The notes below the pieces were generated by a model. It had not been told where the DNA came from and did no database searches. It saw nothing but the letters and a program-made list of their open reading frames with translations. DNA of 53,011 nt, filler included, from Sphacelaria rigidula (lineage: Eukaryota), in NCBI GenBank assembly GCA_964200075.2. It is 3 parts of 3 records of this genome, joined end to end, with 100 filler letters (N's around TTAATTAATTAA, not from the genome) between each part and the next. Parts side by side here need not be neighbours in the genome. Positions count along the whole stretch, not along the records: positions 17,709 to 35,315 come from CAXNAA020001031.1; positions 35,416 to 53,011 come from CAXNAA020001032.1; 1 more part is not named here. The stretch is one strand, 5' to 3'. This document shows, piece by piece, positions 24,501 through 36,693 of the stretch. Both the position numbers and the translations under genes were made by a program. Position 1 is the stretch's first letter, and the number at the start of each line of letters is the position of its first letter.

Positions 24501-26400
24501 GCTTTTTAGTTTCAGACGTGATCTCGACACACCCTGGACAAAAGAATACCCAGTCAAAAAGTGTATCGCGTACAGTATAGGCTATTGCGCCTATTGCAAT
24601 AGACAATAAATTCCATACTGTACGCAGTACATCTTTTTACAATATAATTTCTTGTCCAGGGTGTGGATCTCACGTGCTTGTAGCTCACTGTATATGAAAC
24701 CAACTGTATCGACATCAAGCGTGGGGCGACGGAAATGAGCCAGCAAGTCGTGGCGCGACACGTGAAGGCATTTTCTTTTCCTCCATCTATGTGGAAAAAT
24801 CGTCCCACTTCCATCATATGGCCTATTGTGGTTGATGCGGGTTGGAGCAAAACAAAATCGTCAGCTGGGGTGGTGGATTGTCAGTTCTGCGACCAATAGC
24901 ATCGTCTCCGCGAGATCGATTACAGGGCCCAGGTTCCAAAAGCAGGGCAACGCGTTCAACGCAATGCCTCGTTCGCCCATTTCGTTCGGAATTCATCGCA
25001 TGGGTAGCATCGAAAACGTTCAATGCGACGATTTTGTAGCAGAGTAGCGTCATGTGTTTTTACTGTCGAGAAACAACACAAAAATACAATTTCACACATG
25101 ACACAATTTTTGTGTACCACGCGCAGCTGGTCGATACCCGCGGCCTATACGACCAGAATAACGATGCTGCCTGGACCAGTACCATGTTCAAACCAACCGC
25201 GGTAGACATCTGCTTCCTGAGACCATTTTGAATGGGAATCTATTCGTGTCCGTACAAAATTTCAGCCCATCTACAGGCGATGTTCTCCCATCGATTGATT
25301 TTTCGGCTAGTTGTGAGAAAAACACATCAATTCTCCGCTTCTCTGGACGTTCTCGAACACATGGAGATTTGGTCTAACTCGGTCCCCATGAAAAATGATT
25401 CAACTCCTCTGAAATGGCCAGGTAGTCCGGCAGGCATGGGCTTGATCGACTCGGATTTTTTTCTTTTGCAAAGCTACCGTGAAAATCTCCATCTACACAC
25501 AGAACAGCTTTTACCCGAGGCCACCCTACCGAAACCATGCTGTCGCAGGATGAGCAGCATACATAAATACGGCATGAGTAAGTGTTCAAGCCCTCGATGT
25601 AAAGAGAGTATTCCACGGGTGGATTACTTGCACCGTTGTATGCTTGGTTGAAATCTCTCATCAGGATAGTTCGCCCCGAGTTTGGGGGCGGGTTGAGAAG
25701 CCCTTGCCCTGTCTAGGTAGACTTCAGCCCTTCAGTCGAACCGTTTGTTCCGTAAGTTGGTTGCAAACTAAAAAACTGGCCACATCAAGAATGACACTGA
25801 GGCGCTCGTTGGCGAGCTCGTTCCCGTATTGTAGTTGGGTTTGTTGGGATTAACGAGAGATTTTTTCGCACCCGACGTCCAAGCGGAAGTTCACTCGCGA
25901 CATATCAATGTCACCGGTGTCAGGTACATGAGCGACGACGGCAGTGCAGCACCATCACACAGCTCGGGCAGTTCGGGGAACCCCGTCGGTATTGCACATG
26001 CGACTACTAGATGGGAATGGATGTGTCGAAAGCTGAAAGTGCCGAGTATCCCGGGGAATTCAAGACTACTCGCTTCGTCCAAGAAGAAGCGAGTACGCTG
26101 GAGTTCCCAGAGTACTGACCGTCGTAAATGTTGCGTAATTCAACGTATCCAAGGGTGTGCTGGGCAGGGTATTTCAAACATTTGGTAAAGCTCGGAAATG
26201 GTTTGTTCAACCATCAAACAGTGAAATGATACACAATGGTTTGGTCATCGAGCGGCGCAGCTGCGAGCCAAAAAGTCCCCTCCGGAGGCACGTTTATACG
26301 CGATTTGGCTTCACTAGAGCTACAAAATACGTTGGATTTAGGCCACTTTTCAGGGGCTGAATGTAGCATACGTAGCCGGTAGCGGTAAATAAAGATCTGA
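21600..26400 (-). mobile_element. Fossil piggyBac-like DDD transposase with secondary insertions
   Basis: Collinear degenerate motifs on minus: FWNLGPVIDLAETML (~24942-24897; DE[S/T]M first-Asp region), NPHQP (~24843-24829; PxKP-like), IPLVA...GFGGGDASNRD then RVWW (~22795-22665; GGVD third-Asp and WW), and a Cys-rich tail PCSF...RTMACSKGLHLC (~21780-21718). Heavily mutated; termini not found. Confidence 0.5.
24528..24665. mobile_element. 138-bp fold-back MITE (CAC...GTG termini, 2-bp GA target duplication)
   Basis: CACACCCTGGACAA...TTGTCCAGGGTGTG termini; imperfect inverted arms extend ~50 bp; flanked by GA at 24526-24527 and 24666-24667. Confidence 0.7.
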
Positions 26401-28414
26401 AACCATCATCCCAAATTTCCATATAACGATGACTATAACTGCATTTAATGGCCAGTTATAACTGGTACCATTTCCGAGCTCCAACATTTGGGTATTTGAA
26501 AAAATCGCACTCTGAGCACCCAAAACTTGGGCAGATAATTGAGATCGTGCATGACCATACGCAAATACAGGGTAGGGTAATGTGATTGTACCTGATGTTA
26601 CCCAATATTTGAGCAGCGTTCAAAGATCGGACAACACATACTTCGGGAGAGTCAACACCAGCAATCAACGGGTTTTGACCTCACTCAACACACCCTCCCT
26701 GAGTGTATCCGAGGGTATCGACTGCCGAGAATGCTGAGTTGATGAAAAATACCGAGCTTCGACTAGAACAGAGTACCTCGAGTATCGGCTGCCACACATG
26801 CAGAGGATTCCAAAGGATCTTCGGCAATGAAATTCAAACATCCTATTATAGGAGCATCCACCGCCGCAGATGATGAGTTCTCCGGCGTATCTCCAGTAGT
26901 GAATCCTTCAAAATATTGATGGGGATTTTGAGGAGTACCGGGGGAATCGACTGCAAATAAAGCTGGGTATTCCAGCGTACCCATCAAGTGGAGTATCGAT
27001 TCACTTTTTTCGGTTCATTTTGCCCTAGCGAGGTCTCACACAAAGTTTCAGTACACCGACACCAAACGTGTGCTGTCAAGTGGCCTGCAAAATCTGTTCC
27101 GATTTTTTCAACGGGCCATATGTAATTCATTACTTAGAGAAGGACCCCAAAATTCGGCTCACCTCCCACAGATAGGAGTGACTCGAAGTGAATTCGAATA
27201 TCTTCATGCGAAGCGCGTTTATGCCAAAATCGTCACTGGGCAAAAATCGAGAATCCACCCGAAATCAGGGAAAGAACTATCGAATGGGACATGTCCTGTA
27301 TCACTGTGCTGTAGCTGTCGCTGCGCTGTGGCGTCTTCAGGCATTGGTGGAGACGGTTTGATCTCCGCTGGGAATGCCTGACGTGCTTCACGATGTCATT
27401 CCCCTTGTCGTTACGAAAGATCATGTCGGCACGCAGTGCTCTCTACACACTGTTGAAACGTTCATGGTTTGTTGGCTGTTTCGTCTCGAGTCAAACGAGT
27501 AAGGCGCTCCCCGAACACATTATTTTCATGCCGTAGTTGTCGCTGTGCTGTTGTACATCTAAACGCTTCACGACGATCACGGTGCGATGCGCACTGGAGA
27601 GTGCCTGAACAGTTGTACTTGATGTGTTTCGGCCTGCACAGAATTGGGGTGGTGCTGTCCAAACAAAAAAAGGTTGGAACAATCGTCACGGGACGGCTGT
27701 GCGGCTGTCTGTTGCGTCTTTTTTGGTACTTCAGTTGTAGTCGGGTGCTGTGATCGGGGAAGACACGAAAGGCGGGTGCGTGCAGGTTGCGACAAACTGA
27801 GCCAGCACGGAGCTGCTGTATCCTCGTTCATTGACGGTAGCAGCTGTCGTGTCGCAGCGGCGCAATGTGTGCATCAATCAAAGCTACGTTTCGACCCATA
27901 TTCCACTTTTTCTTCTCATGTGATCGAAGAAGAGCCGCATTTTGGTGTATTTCGTCACCATGATTGGTCGAAAAACCTTCCCACTCATAATTTTATGAGC
28001 CCAGTGCCTTAAAGTCGATATGGACACTCAATAGCGCATGATGAAAAAAAGTTGTACGTGCATCCATTTTTTTCCTTTTCATTCCATGATTTACCGGCAC
28101 TCTACTGAAAATGGAAACTACCCAATGATTATCCATACCAAAATTTTGGGTCCAACTCAAAGTATTAAATTGCGAATGGGCCTGCAAACTCCAATTGGCC
28201 CAACTCGTGAGGCTGCCAGAGAATTTCTGGATCAACTTTTCAAGTACGACGAGTGACAACGTCCCCCCCCCCCCACGCCCCCACGCCAACCCTTCCGGCC
28301 AGGACTATACGGCGCGCCTGTAAGCCATCAGTGCTTTCCACCCCATGCAAGATTACATTTTAACGAGTAGTGGAGCACTCTCTTCTCAGCTCTTTGAACA
28401 CCTTAGGGCCTGTC

Positions 28415-28518
28415 TTAACCCTTAGACCGCGAGATTAGTCTTTCTGGATCATGCATATTTTCCCACTCGAAGTTGATGGCGATTCAACAGAAGACTAACC
28501 TCGCGGTGTAAGGGTTAA
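28415..28518. mobile_element. piggyBac-type MITE (96 bp) with TTAA target duplication
   Basis: TTAA-CCCTTAGACCGCGAG...CTCGCGGTGTAAGGG-TTAA; TIR of 15 bp or more with one mismatch. Confidence 0.85.
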
Positions 28519-29113
28519 CAAAGGGGATAATCCCCTTTTGGAAAAACGACCGGTGATTGGTCGCTGCGATACCAACCTCCCCCCCAAATCCCCTCAGTGT
28601 GCACAGAAAAACCTCTCCGGAGGGGATTTTTGGGCACCTCGAACGGGAACATACGTGTCTGGTTGACGGGGGCACACGCAAAGGCTTACCACACAGCTCA
28701 CACACAATCAGAGCTGAACCTGGGGAACTTGGTGGCCCCGCGAGCCAAAACCACGAAGCTCGAGCCCTAGCTGCTCATCAGCTNNNNNNNNNNGTGCACG
28801 TTGTGCGTGACCTTGCTCAAATATGTTCAGAATTCATTGAGAAATGATTATTTGTGTGAGACGCGCGCGCAGCACACGCTCACCAAAGGGTCAGCAGCGA
28901 TACGTTTTCGGGTTGTTTTTGACACGCATGAGACCACCATTCGTCCAGCAGAGAACGGATTTATGTCAAACAAAGACTGTCGTGTGAAGATTAGCAAGGG
29001 CTAGCAGTGAAAGTAATGCGCGTGAGTGGTTGGTGTCTGTGCATTTTTATTGGGGGCTGGGTGTGTAGGTGTTGTGTTGCCTTGTTGTGTCTTATCTGCA
29101 GCACTAGACAGAC

Positions 29114-30217
29114 CTTGGACCTACTTGGACTAAGGACCACTTCCAGACCCGCCGCGTTTCGAAATATGCATGCGGATCCGGGTTTAACCTGTACAAAACT
29201 GCTTGACGACAGGACTCGGGGCTGGTCGTTATGGGGCCAAGCCCCTGTCAAAAGGAGATTGTGAGAAAGGGGATTATCCCCCTCGTTGAGACAGGCCCTT
29301 ATTTCGGCGGGTATTGCGACTCCCCTCGATTTCTTGAACCAAATACTCGTACGGTGCTTCAGAGACAAAGCCAGTTAGTCTACAGCAAAGTGCAGGTGTT
29401 CAGTTGTTTTACCCTGTCACCTGCACTGCTGTTGTACCTTGTAGGAACTGCAGCGTAAAGTCTGCAGTCCGAAACATCAGCGCATCTCAGCAAAACGATC
29501 AACGAAAACCCATGCGTCAGGGACATTGCATTGCAGCGCAGCATATTCTTTTGTCCACTGGCATTTATGTGTCGACGCATCGCGCGCATTTAGTGAGTAG
29601 TACGAACGGTAACGTGCGCATGTTTTTTGAATAAAATAAAATAAAAACTCACGTACTGTACGCGGTGCCTTATCACAACACAAGCGTAACGTGATGACCA
29701 TGTGGCATCATACATGCGAACTCTCGGCATGTTTGCGACCAGTCATTACTCCATCTTGACCAGGCTGTACCATAATGACGCTTGTTACGAACACACGGCA
29801 AAGGTGACTGCATGCGGTACAGCGAACAGTAATGGCGCCTCTCACCGTTTTGATCTTCGGGTAGTCGTCAACACAGAAGGGCCGGTCGAGGTAGTCGAGG
29901 CCGTAGTCCTTGTCGCCCACGGACACCGCGTAGCAGCCCTCCTCAGCAAGGTCACGTAGAATCCTGACTTCATTCATCTTTGCTTCCGGGCATATCTCGT
30001 CGGCTTCCATCAACTTGTTGAATTTATCGAGGTACTTGGCCAATTTGGGTGTGATCTCCTGACTCATCGAAAGGGCCGTACCCGGTCCACCCCGCGTGCC
30101 AACTGCTGGAGAGGTCCTCGCTTGGAGGGCAGCCGGCGACGTGACAAACGCGGATGAGTTTGGCAGGAATAATTGCACCCCGGCAATGACCAGTGCTAAC
30201 GTGCTTGAAGGATGCAT
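29114..30217 (-). CDS. Plastid-targeted protein of unknown function; exon 1 30217-29846, probable exon 2 29356-29114, 3' end not resolved
   Basis: MHPSSTLALVIAGVQLFLPNSSA-FVTSPAALQARTSPAVGTRGGPGTALSM: signal peptide, ASAFAP-type cleavage (SSA|FV) and an S/T/A/R-rich transit peptide ending ALSM. Donor ACG|GTGAGA at 29845. Exon 2 is 243 nt, phase 0-0 and open, bounded by CTGAAG| and AAG|GTCTGT. Confidence 0.72.
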
Positions 30218-31942
30218 GGTTTTCTCTTTACCCCTCGACGTTCTAACGCAAGCTTCGATCTTACTGCGGCGTGGACGCGATGAAGGTGAACGACGTATTG
30301 CTGTGTGTTACTGCCCTGTGACGATACTGACGGTTGCGCGATGACTGTACGTTTCATACAAGTGCGGTTGAAGGCGTGATGTCGAGGCGGCACAATATCT
30401 ACCTATTCGATTCAGTCTTAGTTCCAGTTTCTTGAAGGCATCAAGAATAGCGTTTCATTTGTTGGATTTTAGCCGCGTTTCTGTGGAACGCGGATCCAAG
30501 CTTCGTTGTTTCTGTTTCTACAAAATATCTAACAACAGCAGCCGTAGAACAGAGAAGTATCGGTCGTACTACCCTTGCTTCGAGTAGAGAATAGGAGATT
30601 CTCATGGTGTAACGGCTACACTGTTACCTCCGCCTGGATCATGACTTGAACTCAGGTCAGGGGTCGCGCGTATACAAGCGAGTCAGTCCAGCAGCGGGTG
30701 TTCCGCAAATGCGGTGACTGTCAGTCCTTCAATCCTTGTTTCCATGCTCGATGCATATCGTGCATCTTCTAACAAGAGGGGGCGCGGGCGATGGGAGCCT
30801 GTATGTACCGTTGCCATCGATCAAGTAGCCAGCTGCGAACCTCAATGATCTCGTCTGCCAGAGTCTGTTATGTGCAAGGTTGCTGTGGGAAAATAGGAAA
30901 GCTATACCTTTGGAGTTATATCAATCCTTTTCGACTGGCCATCCTCGAAGCGGGAGTGGCAACCGCCGACCATCTCACCTTCTCCCAGAAATAGAGAGCG
31001 ACACTAAGGCGCCTCTCTCACGCACATCGACACACCGCTTTAGTGTAGGTGCTATTTCCGTGGACGGAAACAGCACGGCACCGACAGTTCAGTAATGGAG
31101 CAATCTCGACCTCCGTCTCAGATGCGGTGCCGGAGAGGACATGGCAAGTGTGACGGACACCAGGAGGACAGGGAAACATGAGGTGCAACGCGTGTTCCGT
31201 GCTCGTCGTCGGCATGTTCAACATCTCACCCCTATGTAGCATGTAATACCCAAGTTTCTCAGGGCATTACGTCAAATAAGGGGTGGTCGAAAATGAGGCC
31301 TTGCAACCGGTTGGTACTTTCAACGGTGTGGTGTGCGACGAGTGTCACACGTTCTCGCGTGTCGGAGTATTTAACGTATGTATGTCGTGTCTTGGAGTAT
31401 ACGACAACGTTTGTCGTGCACCATCGAAGTATATTCTGCTCTGCCTACATAATACTGTCTGTGGGCTGTTCTCGACATTCTAGGTGTAGATTTAGTTATG
31501 TTGTTGTTCATCACCTGTCCTGTAGACTGTACTTGCGTTGTGTGCTCTAGGAGCAGCGTGTATAAAGTGAGAAGGAAGGTGAGCTTTGCTTCCTCTTCAC
31601 AAAGATGAGCACTGAATGAATTAGCTCGAATCAACAGGAGAGTATGCACAAACACAGCAATTATTTTCAGTTGGTGAATGGAGCTGTTATCTCAAAACAC
31701 AGCAGACGACAATGCAGAGGGCCCCACTTCTCGTTCTATGTATGTGAAGTCCTCAATATTATCCCGTAGATCTCTGAAATATGGCACTCCAAAGCCAAGA
31801 CCCGAACTGGTAAAAATGTCGCCCGAATGCTCCTGCCTGGCATTCATTGCACCCAACGCCTCCGTGTGTCCAACGGCGATGCTTAATGTGGAGGTCGCTG
31901 CGCCATCTACCATCTCATCTGCCATTTCTACGACATAATCAG

Positions 31943-34153
31943 AAGGCGATGTCGTCGCCGACGTCTTAGCGAGCGCCGTGGTAAGCAGGAGCTCCTTTGC
32001 TGATACACCTTCCACAGAGCACGAGCACGGAGAAACGTCAGGCGCAGACGTCTGCCGTGATAGCGGAACTTACCAACTATCAGCGGCCGCTGCTGCTACC
32101 CCGGCTCCAAAGTACCACGTACCCGTAGACAACAGCCGAGATATGTCGGAAAAAGGCGATGACGCAGAAGAACGACGGGAAAGAAAAGCACAGCATGGCG
32201 GGGACGACGATGGCAACGAAAGCATCGATGATGAAACAGCGGAAAAGGGTTGCGAGCCACGCGATGAAAATGGAGACCAAACACCAAGGATCAACAACAT
32301 CAAAAGCACTGTGATTGTCGGAAGCAGCGAAGCAGTTGCCGCAGGTGCGTCTGCAACGGATACATATATCTCAGAGGGTGTGGACAAAGACGTAGTCGCT
32401 TACAGCAGCACCAAAGGTGGCGACAATGACAACGTCATCAATATCACGGAAAGTCCGGAGCAGAAACGAGACCAAGGGTGGGGTTCGGCACACGACACCG
32501 TCACCGAACGGCCTGAACCAACGTCCCGAGAAGTCGCCATAGTCTCTTCCGAGAACACGTCATCACATGAAGCTGATTCACCAGGGAGTCAGACGGGCGA
32601 CAACGGCTATGTTTCCCCCATAAACACCGGTACTGCTGATCAAGGTACGTCCGGAGAGTAGGATGCTCAGCTGTTGCTGGTCCTCTGTGCACCTCGTCTC
32701 TGCGCTGCTCTTGATATTCGCGACTCCTGACGATGGCGAACCCGCAGACATGATAATGTGTAGTTGGTAAGCACGTTTTCGGGTTCGCGTCTTTCTCCTT
32801 CTCTTCTGATAGTTTGGCTTCAGGCATGCGTGATGCACTGCATTGCCGATACGTATGTTGCATGATGTATTGCTCGCTCCTTCATGTTGTTACTTTTGCT
32901 GTGTGCGAAATATTTGCAGACGGTAGGTGCCGTTTGCGGGTCGGTATTAAAAAAAAGCAATATATCCTATCCGAAGGCAACATAGCAGTGAGAACAGTTT
33001 TCGCCCCCTTCCAGGCGTGTGGCGTCGCTTCTGGCGTCCCTTGTGTGTAATGCGGTTTGTTTTGTAGGGTGATTCACCTGCACAGGGGAGGGGGAGCCAG
33101 AGGGGGCGAGTGGAGGTCGAATCTTGACTGCGTTACTCCTCCTTCCCTTGTCCGCATTCCCCCGTGCGCCCCTGCGAATCGCCGTTTCACAGAAAAACAA
33201 CAGCAGACGCTAGTGGTCCTGAAGAACGGTAAAACCGCGGGACCCACGTTTCAGACGGGCAATGTGCAATTTCATGATATCACAACCACGAGCGTGCGAA
33301 TAACGTGGCCGAAATCGACAAACAAAAGACACCCGGCAATCGCGTATCGCGTGAGCACCGCGGAGGTCGGCAGTGGCTTCGAGGCACGTTCCTTTGTTTA
33401 ACGTTTGCCGTGTGTGTGCGGGTTTTGTGCTTATGCCATGATGATGAGGCATGTCCTCAGAAATAGCTGCAATTATTCTTGCCCCAAAACGAACGAACAC
33501 CGCGCGTCCTTCGAACACATGCCTTTCTTTTTGCACTATCTGTGTGCAGTGGGTTCCATCGGACGAAGAGATTGGTACACACACGCGCGCGCGCGAAGAA
33601 CTGATAAACGAAGTCCAATAGATGTAAATTGAAAGAAAACATGACATCCTGCTTAGTACATGGACAGGTCTGGCACTAGCTCCACGATGCTCTGTTTGGC
33701 GCACCTGCGTTACACACTTCACCGGTGGGTAGAAGGCTACTGAATCTTGAAGCGCATCTTCGCAGCGCTCCACGCTTTGGCGGAATTCCATTGGTGTGTG
33801 TGGACTAAGGTGCCCATACTTTGAGATTGAACCATCACACGACGAACGTCTCCGTAGTTGACTCTTATACACGCCATTTTCCAGCCCTGATGGAAGCGGG
33901 AAACGCCGCAAATCCGTGCCTCAAGGCACAGAGCCTCCCTGGAAACCTATGATGCCTGTGCATATTTCAACAACAATGCAAGGTGACCTACGGCGAGACT
34001 CAACCGGCAGTCACCGAGTGCACCGTCGTCGGGCTCAAGCCCGGCAAGGCGTACCGATTCCACGTTGCGCCTATTTCGGCAGATAAACTGCTCATCCCAG
34101 GATCCTCGGTGGTGTCGCCACCCGTAGCCCTGCCGAAAGCCGAGTACGAAAAG
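31943..34153 (+). CDS. Fibronectin type III domain protein with acidic low-complexity region; exons 31943-32644, 33193-33383, 33983-34153 (partial at both ends)
   Basis: Phases match (1,1,0). FN3 pattern VQFHDITTTSVRITWPKS...IAYRVS...FE/VTYGETQPAVTECTVVGLKPGKAYRFHVAPI has the conserved W, Y and GLxPGxxYxFxV. The 702-nt D/E/S/T-rich open exon ends CAAG|GTACGT; its acceptor is less certain. Confidence 0.78.
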
Positions 34154-34624
34154 GTAAAAGTTTCTGGGAGATACTGTGGGGGATCACAGACTGAAAAAAA
34201 GAAAAGCACTAGCTCTTTCAATGCTGAGAAGGAGGGGGGTGCTCATGACTACTGTATGGTTTTCGAGAAACCCACATTTTTTTTTTTCCTCCGTAAAGAT
34301 GCGCGGAGCATCGAGTAACCATTGTTTAGCCGCCAAGAGTAGACTTGTTCCGTTTTTGCCATTTTTTCTCGGAGTGATCGATTGTGAGACGTGCTTATTT
34401 TTCTTCTTCTCTCTTACTGTCTTCCCAGCCAGCACAAAACCGGACAATGGTTGTCCGGTTGAACAAACAGGAAGAGAAAGTACCTCAATTCTTGTGGACA
34501 TCGTACTCGTGTGTCGCATAACTTGAACACTAAACCGTTTCTTAGGTGCCCTTGAGGGAGGAGCGAAGCCAGGGTGTCATGGTGGCGAGGAGGGGGGGGA
34601 GGACATGAGGGGAGGTGGGAGGGG

Positions 34625-34845
34625 GGCGTACTTATTTGTTGCTTGCCTTAGTCGTTTAACCACTGACCACGCCTGCTTTTCGAGACGGTGCACCGTTCCT
34701 ACTCCTAGTAGAGTCACCTCTAACATTCCAGCGCTCCTTACGTTTCTTCCATACATTACACAAAAACCTTTTACATATCTCATCTCCATCCTGTTTCGCC
34801 GTCTGTGGCCACCATCTATCTTCGAGTACTGTATTACCATCGTTT
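34625..34845 (-). mobile_element. LINE 3'-end fragment (same family as 2900-3120)
   Basis: Aligns by eye with ~2905-3120 (GTTGCTTG...GAGACGGTGCACCGTTCCTA...TACATTAC...TTCGCCGTCTGT.GCCACCATCTATCT). Confidence 0.7.
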
Positions 34846-35315
34846 TCTCCCTACCGTCTCATGCGTGGGGGTTGGGGGAGGCGGAGGGCGGGGGTATTCT
34901 GGTATCATCATCTCTACCCGCGTCGAATGATCATGTGCTCAACCCAAGAAAGGGTACGGATATCGCTCCTTGCCTTGCACCCTTAAACGTGCGTGTTAGG
35001 TGGTGGTCTGTTTCGCGGTCCAAGAAGCGCAAAACGAGATGATAAAGGAATGGGGCTCCTCAGAACGACGGAATATCAGCTTCTATCGCCACATCCCCAC
35101 CCACCCACCCTCCTCCCGCCCCCTCAACACGGCGCTTCCCGCTTGGTGATTGAATGCGAGCCTGGTCCGGCGAAACCCCGGCGTGCTCCGTCCCGGCTTT
35201 ATAGGGATGCGAGATCAACGGTCTTATGACTACGGCATGCAAGATTATGAGTACCCCCCCCCCCCCCCCCCCCCCAGCGCGCCCCCGACCGCAACAACAA
35301 GCCACACCAAAACAA

Positions 35316-35415
35316 NNNNNNNNNNNNNNNNNNNNNNNNNNNNNNNNNNNNNNNNNNNNTTAATTAATTAANNNNNNNNNNNNNNNNNNNNNNNNNNNNN
35401 NNNNNNNNNNNNNNN
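35316..35415. other. Assembly gap with artificial TTAATTAATTAA spacer
   Basis: N run with the spacer at 35360-35371. Confidence 0.97.
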
Positions 35416-35983
35416 TCCTGTGTGGGAAGTTTCTCATGAGAAAAAAAAATGATCCGAGGAAAGAAGAAAGGCCCCCCCCCCCCCCCCCCCCCCCTGACTA
35501 CGGCATGCAAGATCATGAGTACACCCCCCCTCCCCCCTCAACTACGCCCCCCCCTGATAGCCAACCAAGCAGCTCGAGCACACGGTGGCAGACGCGCCAG
35601 CAATCCGCCGCGGTGAACTTGTCCCCCTCATGAACACGTGCTGTCAGGACGTGCGCCACGATACTCGTAGCATTTGGACCTCTGTCGTCGAAATGCTCCG
35701 ACAACAATCGCGGTGGTCAAGGGGTAGCGATCAACCGACAGCCACCAAGCTCGACAGCAATCATAGTAGAATTATACCCGGGGGGCGAAATTAGTGTAAC
35801 CCCCGCGCAGCCATGGTAAAATGCTACTGCACGTCTCACGGCTGAAACTTCCCCTTTGGCATCACTTCTGCAAGGCACCCACACTTTCCTGCCCCCCACC
35901 CAGGCCTACAACAACTGTCGTGCAAAACCTCGCGGGACGGCCGATGGAAAGAATCTCGAAGCAGTGTGTGGGCGCGCTCGAAT

Positions 35984-36304
35984 CCTTTGACCGTCAGGGT
36001 GGGTCATCATCGCACTGACATCATTTTCGGTTGAGAAATGGCTGTAAGAGCCTGATGATCCACGGTGGCGATCAAAGTGTTGACCTTTAGACCGCGAGAG
36101 TGGGTCATCTTGCCATGCAGTAATTTTTCAAGTGAGATCGATGCTAATTCAACAGATGGCCTATGGTCGCGGTCAAAGGGTCAACCCTTCCGCTTCGAAG
36201 AGTGTGGATAGAATCATTAGTATCTAGAATCAAGACACGAGCTTTTAACATTGGCCCGCATGGACTTGAAATGACTCACCTTGTATTCCACATTGAAGGG
36301 TTAA
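35984..36304. mobile_element. Three head-to-tail piggyBac-type MITEs (35984-36079, 36084-36180, 36185-36300)
   Basis: Units begin CC(C/T)TT and end AA(A/G)G(G/T)G, separated by TTGA, TCAA and a final TTAA. The first two resemble the 28419-28514 and 47900-47995 elements. Confidence 0.7.
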
Positions 36305-36693
36305 CAATTCGGCCAGTAGTATGGCTGAATGTTGAAAAGAAATCGGCCGTTATCTTCTAAAAAACGCCACAAGAATGGAGAGCTACGGTGGGGAAAACCT
36401 GTAAATTATCTATATCCGCCTCCCCTCAAATTTCAGGTCCTGACTCGCAACTGGCGACTGGAATATCGCAGATATGTACGTTGGTGACGGCTTGAAAGTC
36501 CCATGCAGCACGCATAAGCGAATATGTCCCAATACCTGGGTTGACCGTAACTTATGCACGGCGACGAGTTAGGTGTCGCAGGTATCGTCTGTTGTTCTCA
36601 TCTTGGCGTCAAGTACACGCACATCAATTTTCAGGGCAACTGTTTAAAATCTCAGTTACAGTATGATGGTTCGGTCTCGACGCCTCGTTGCAA

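Noticed and set aside
31550..31942. Stop-codon read-through or pseudogenised extension of the acidic exon (same frame, three stops)
   Set aside because: A plausible phase-compatible acceptor at 31941-31942 just after the TAA explains the exon without read-through.
35226..35540. Duplicated GACTACGGCATGCAAGAT...poly-C and proline-rich ORFs
   Set aside because: The duplication straddles an assembly gap (overlapping contig ends), and the poly-Pro comes from C homopolymers.
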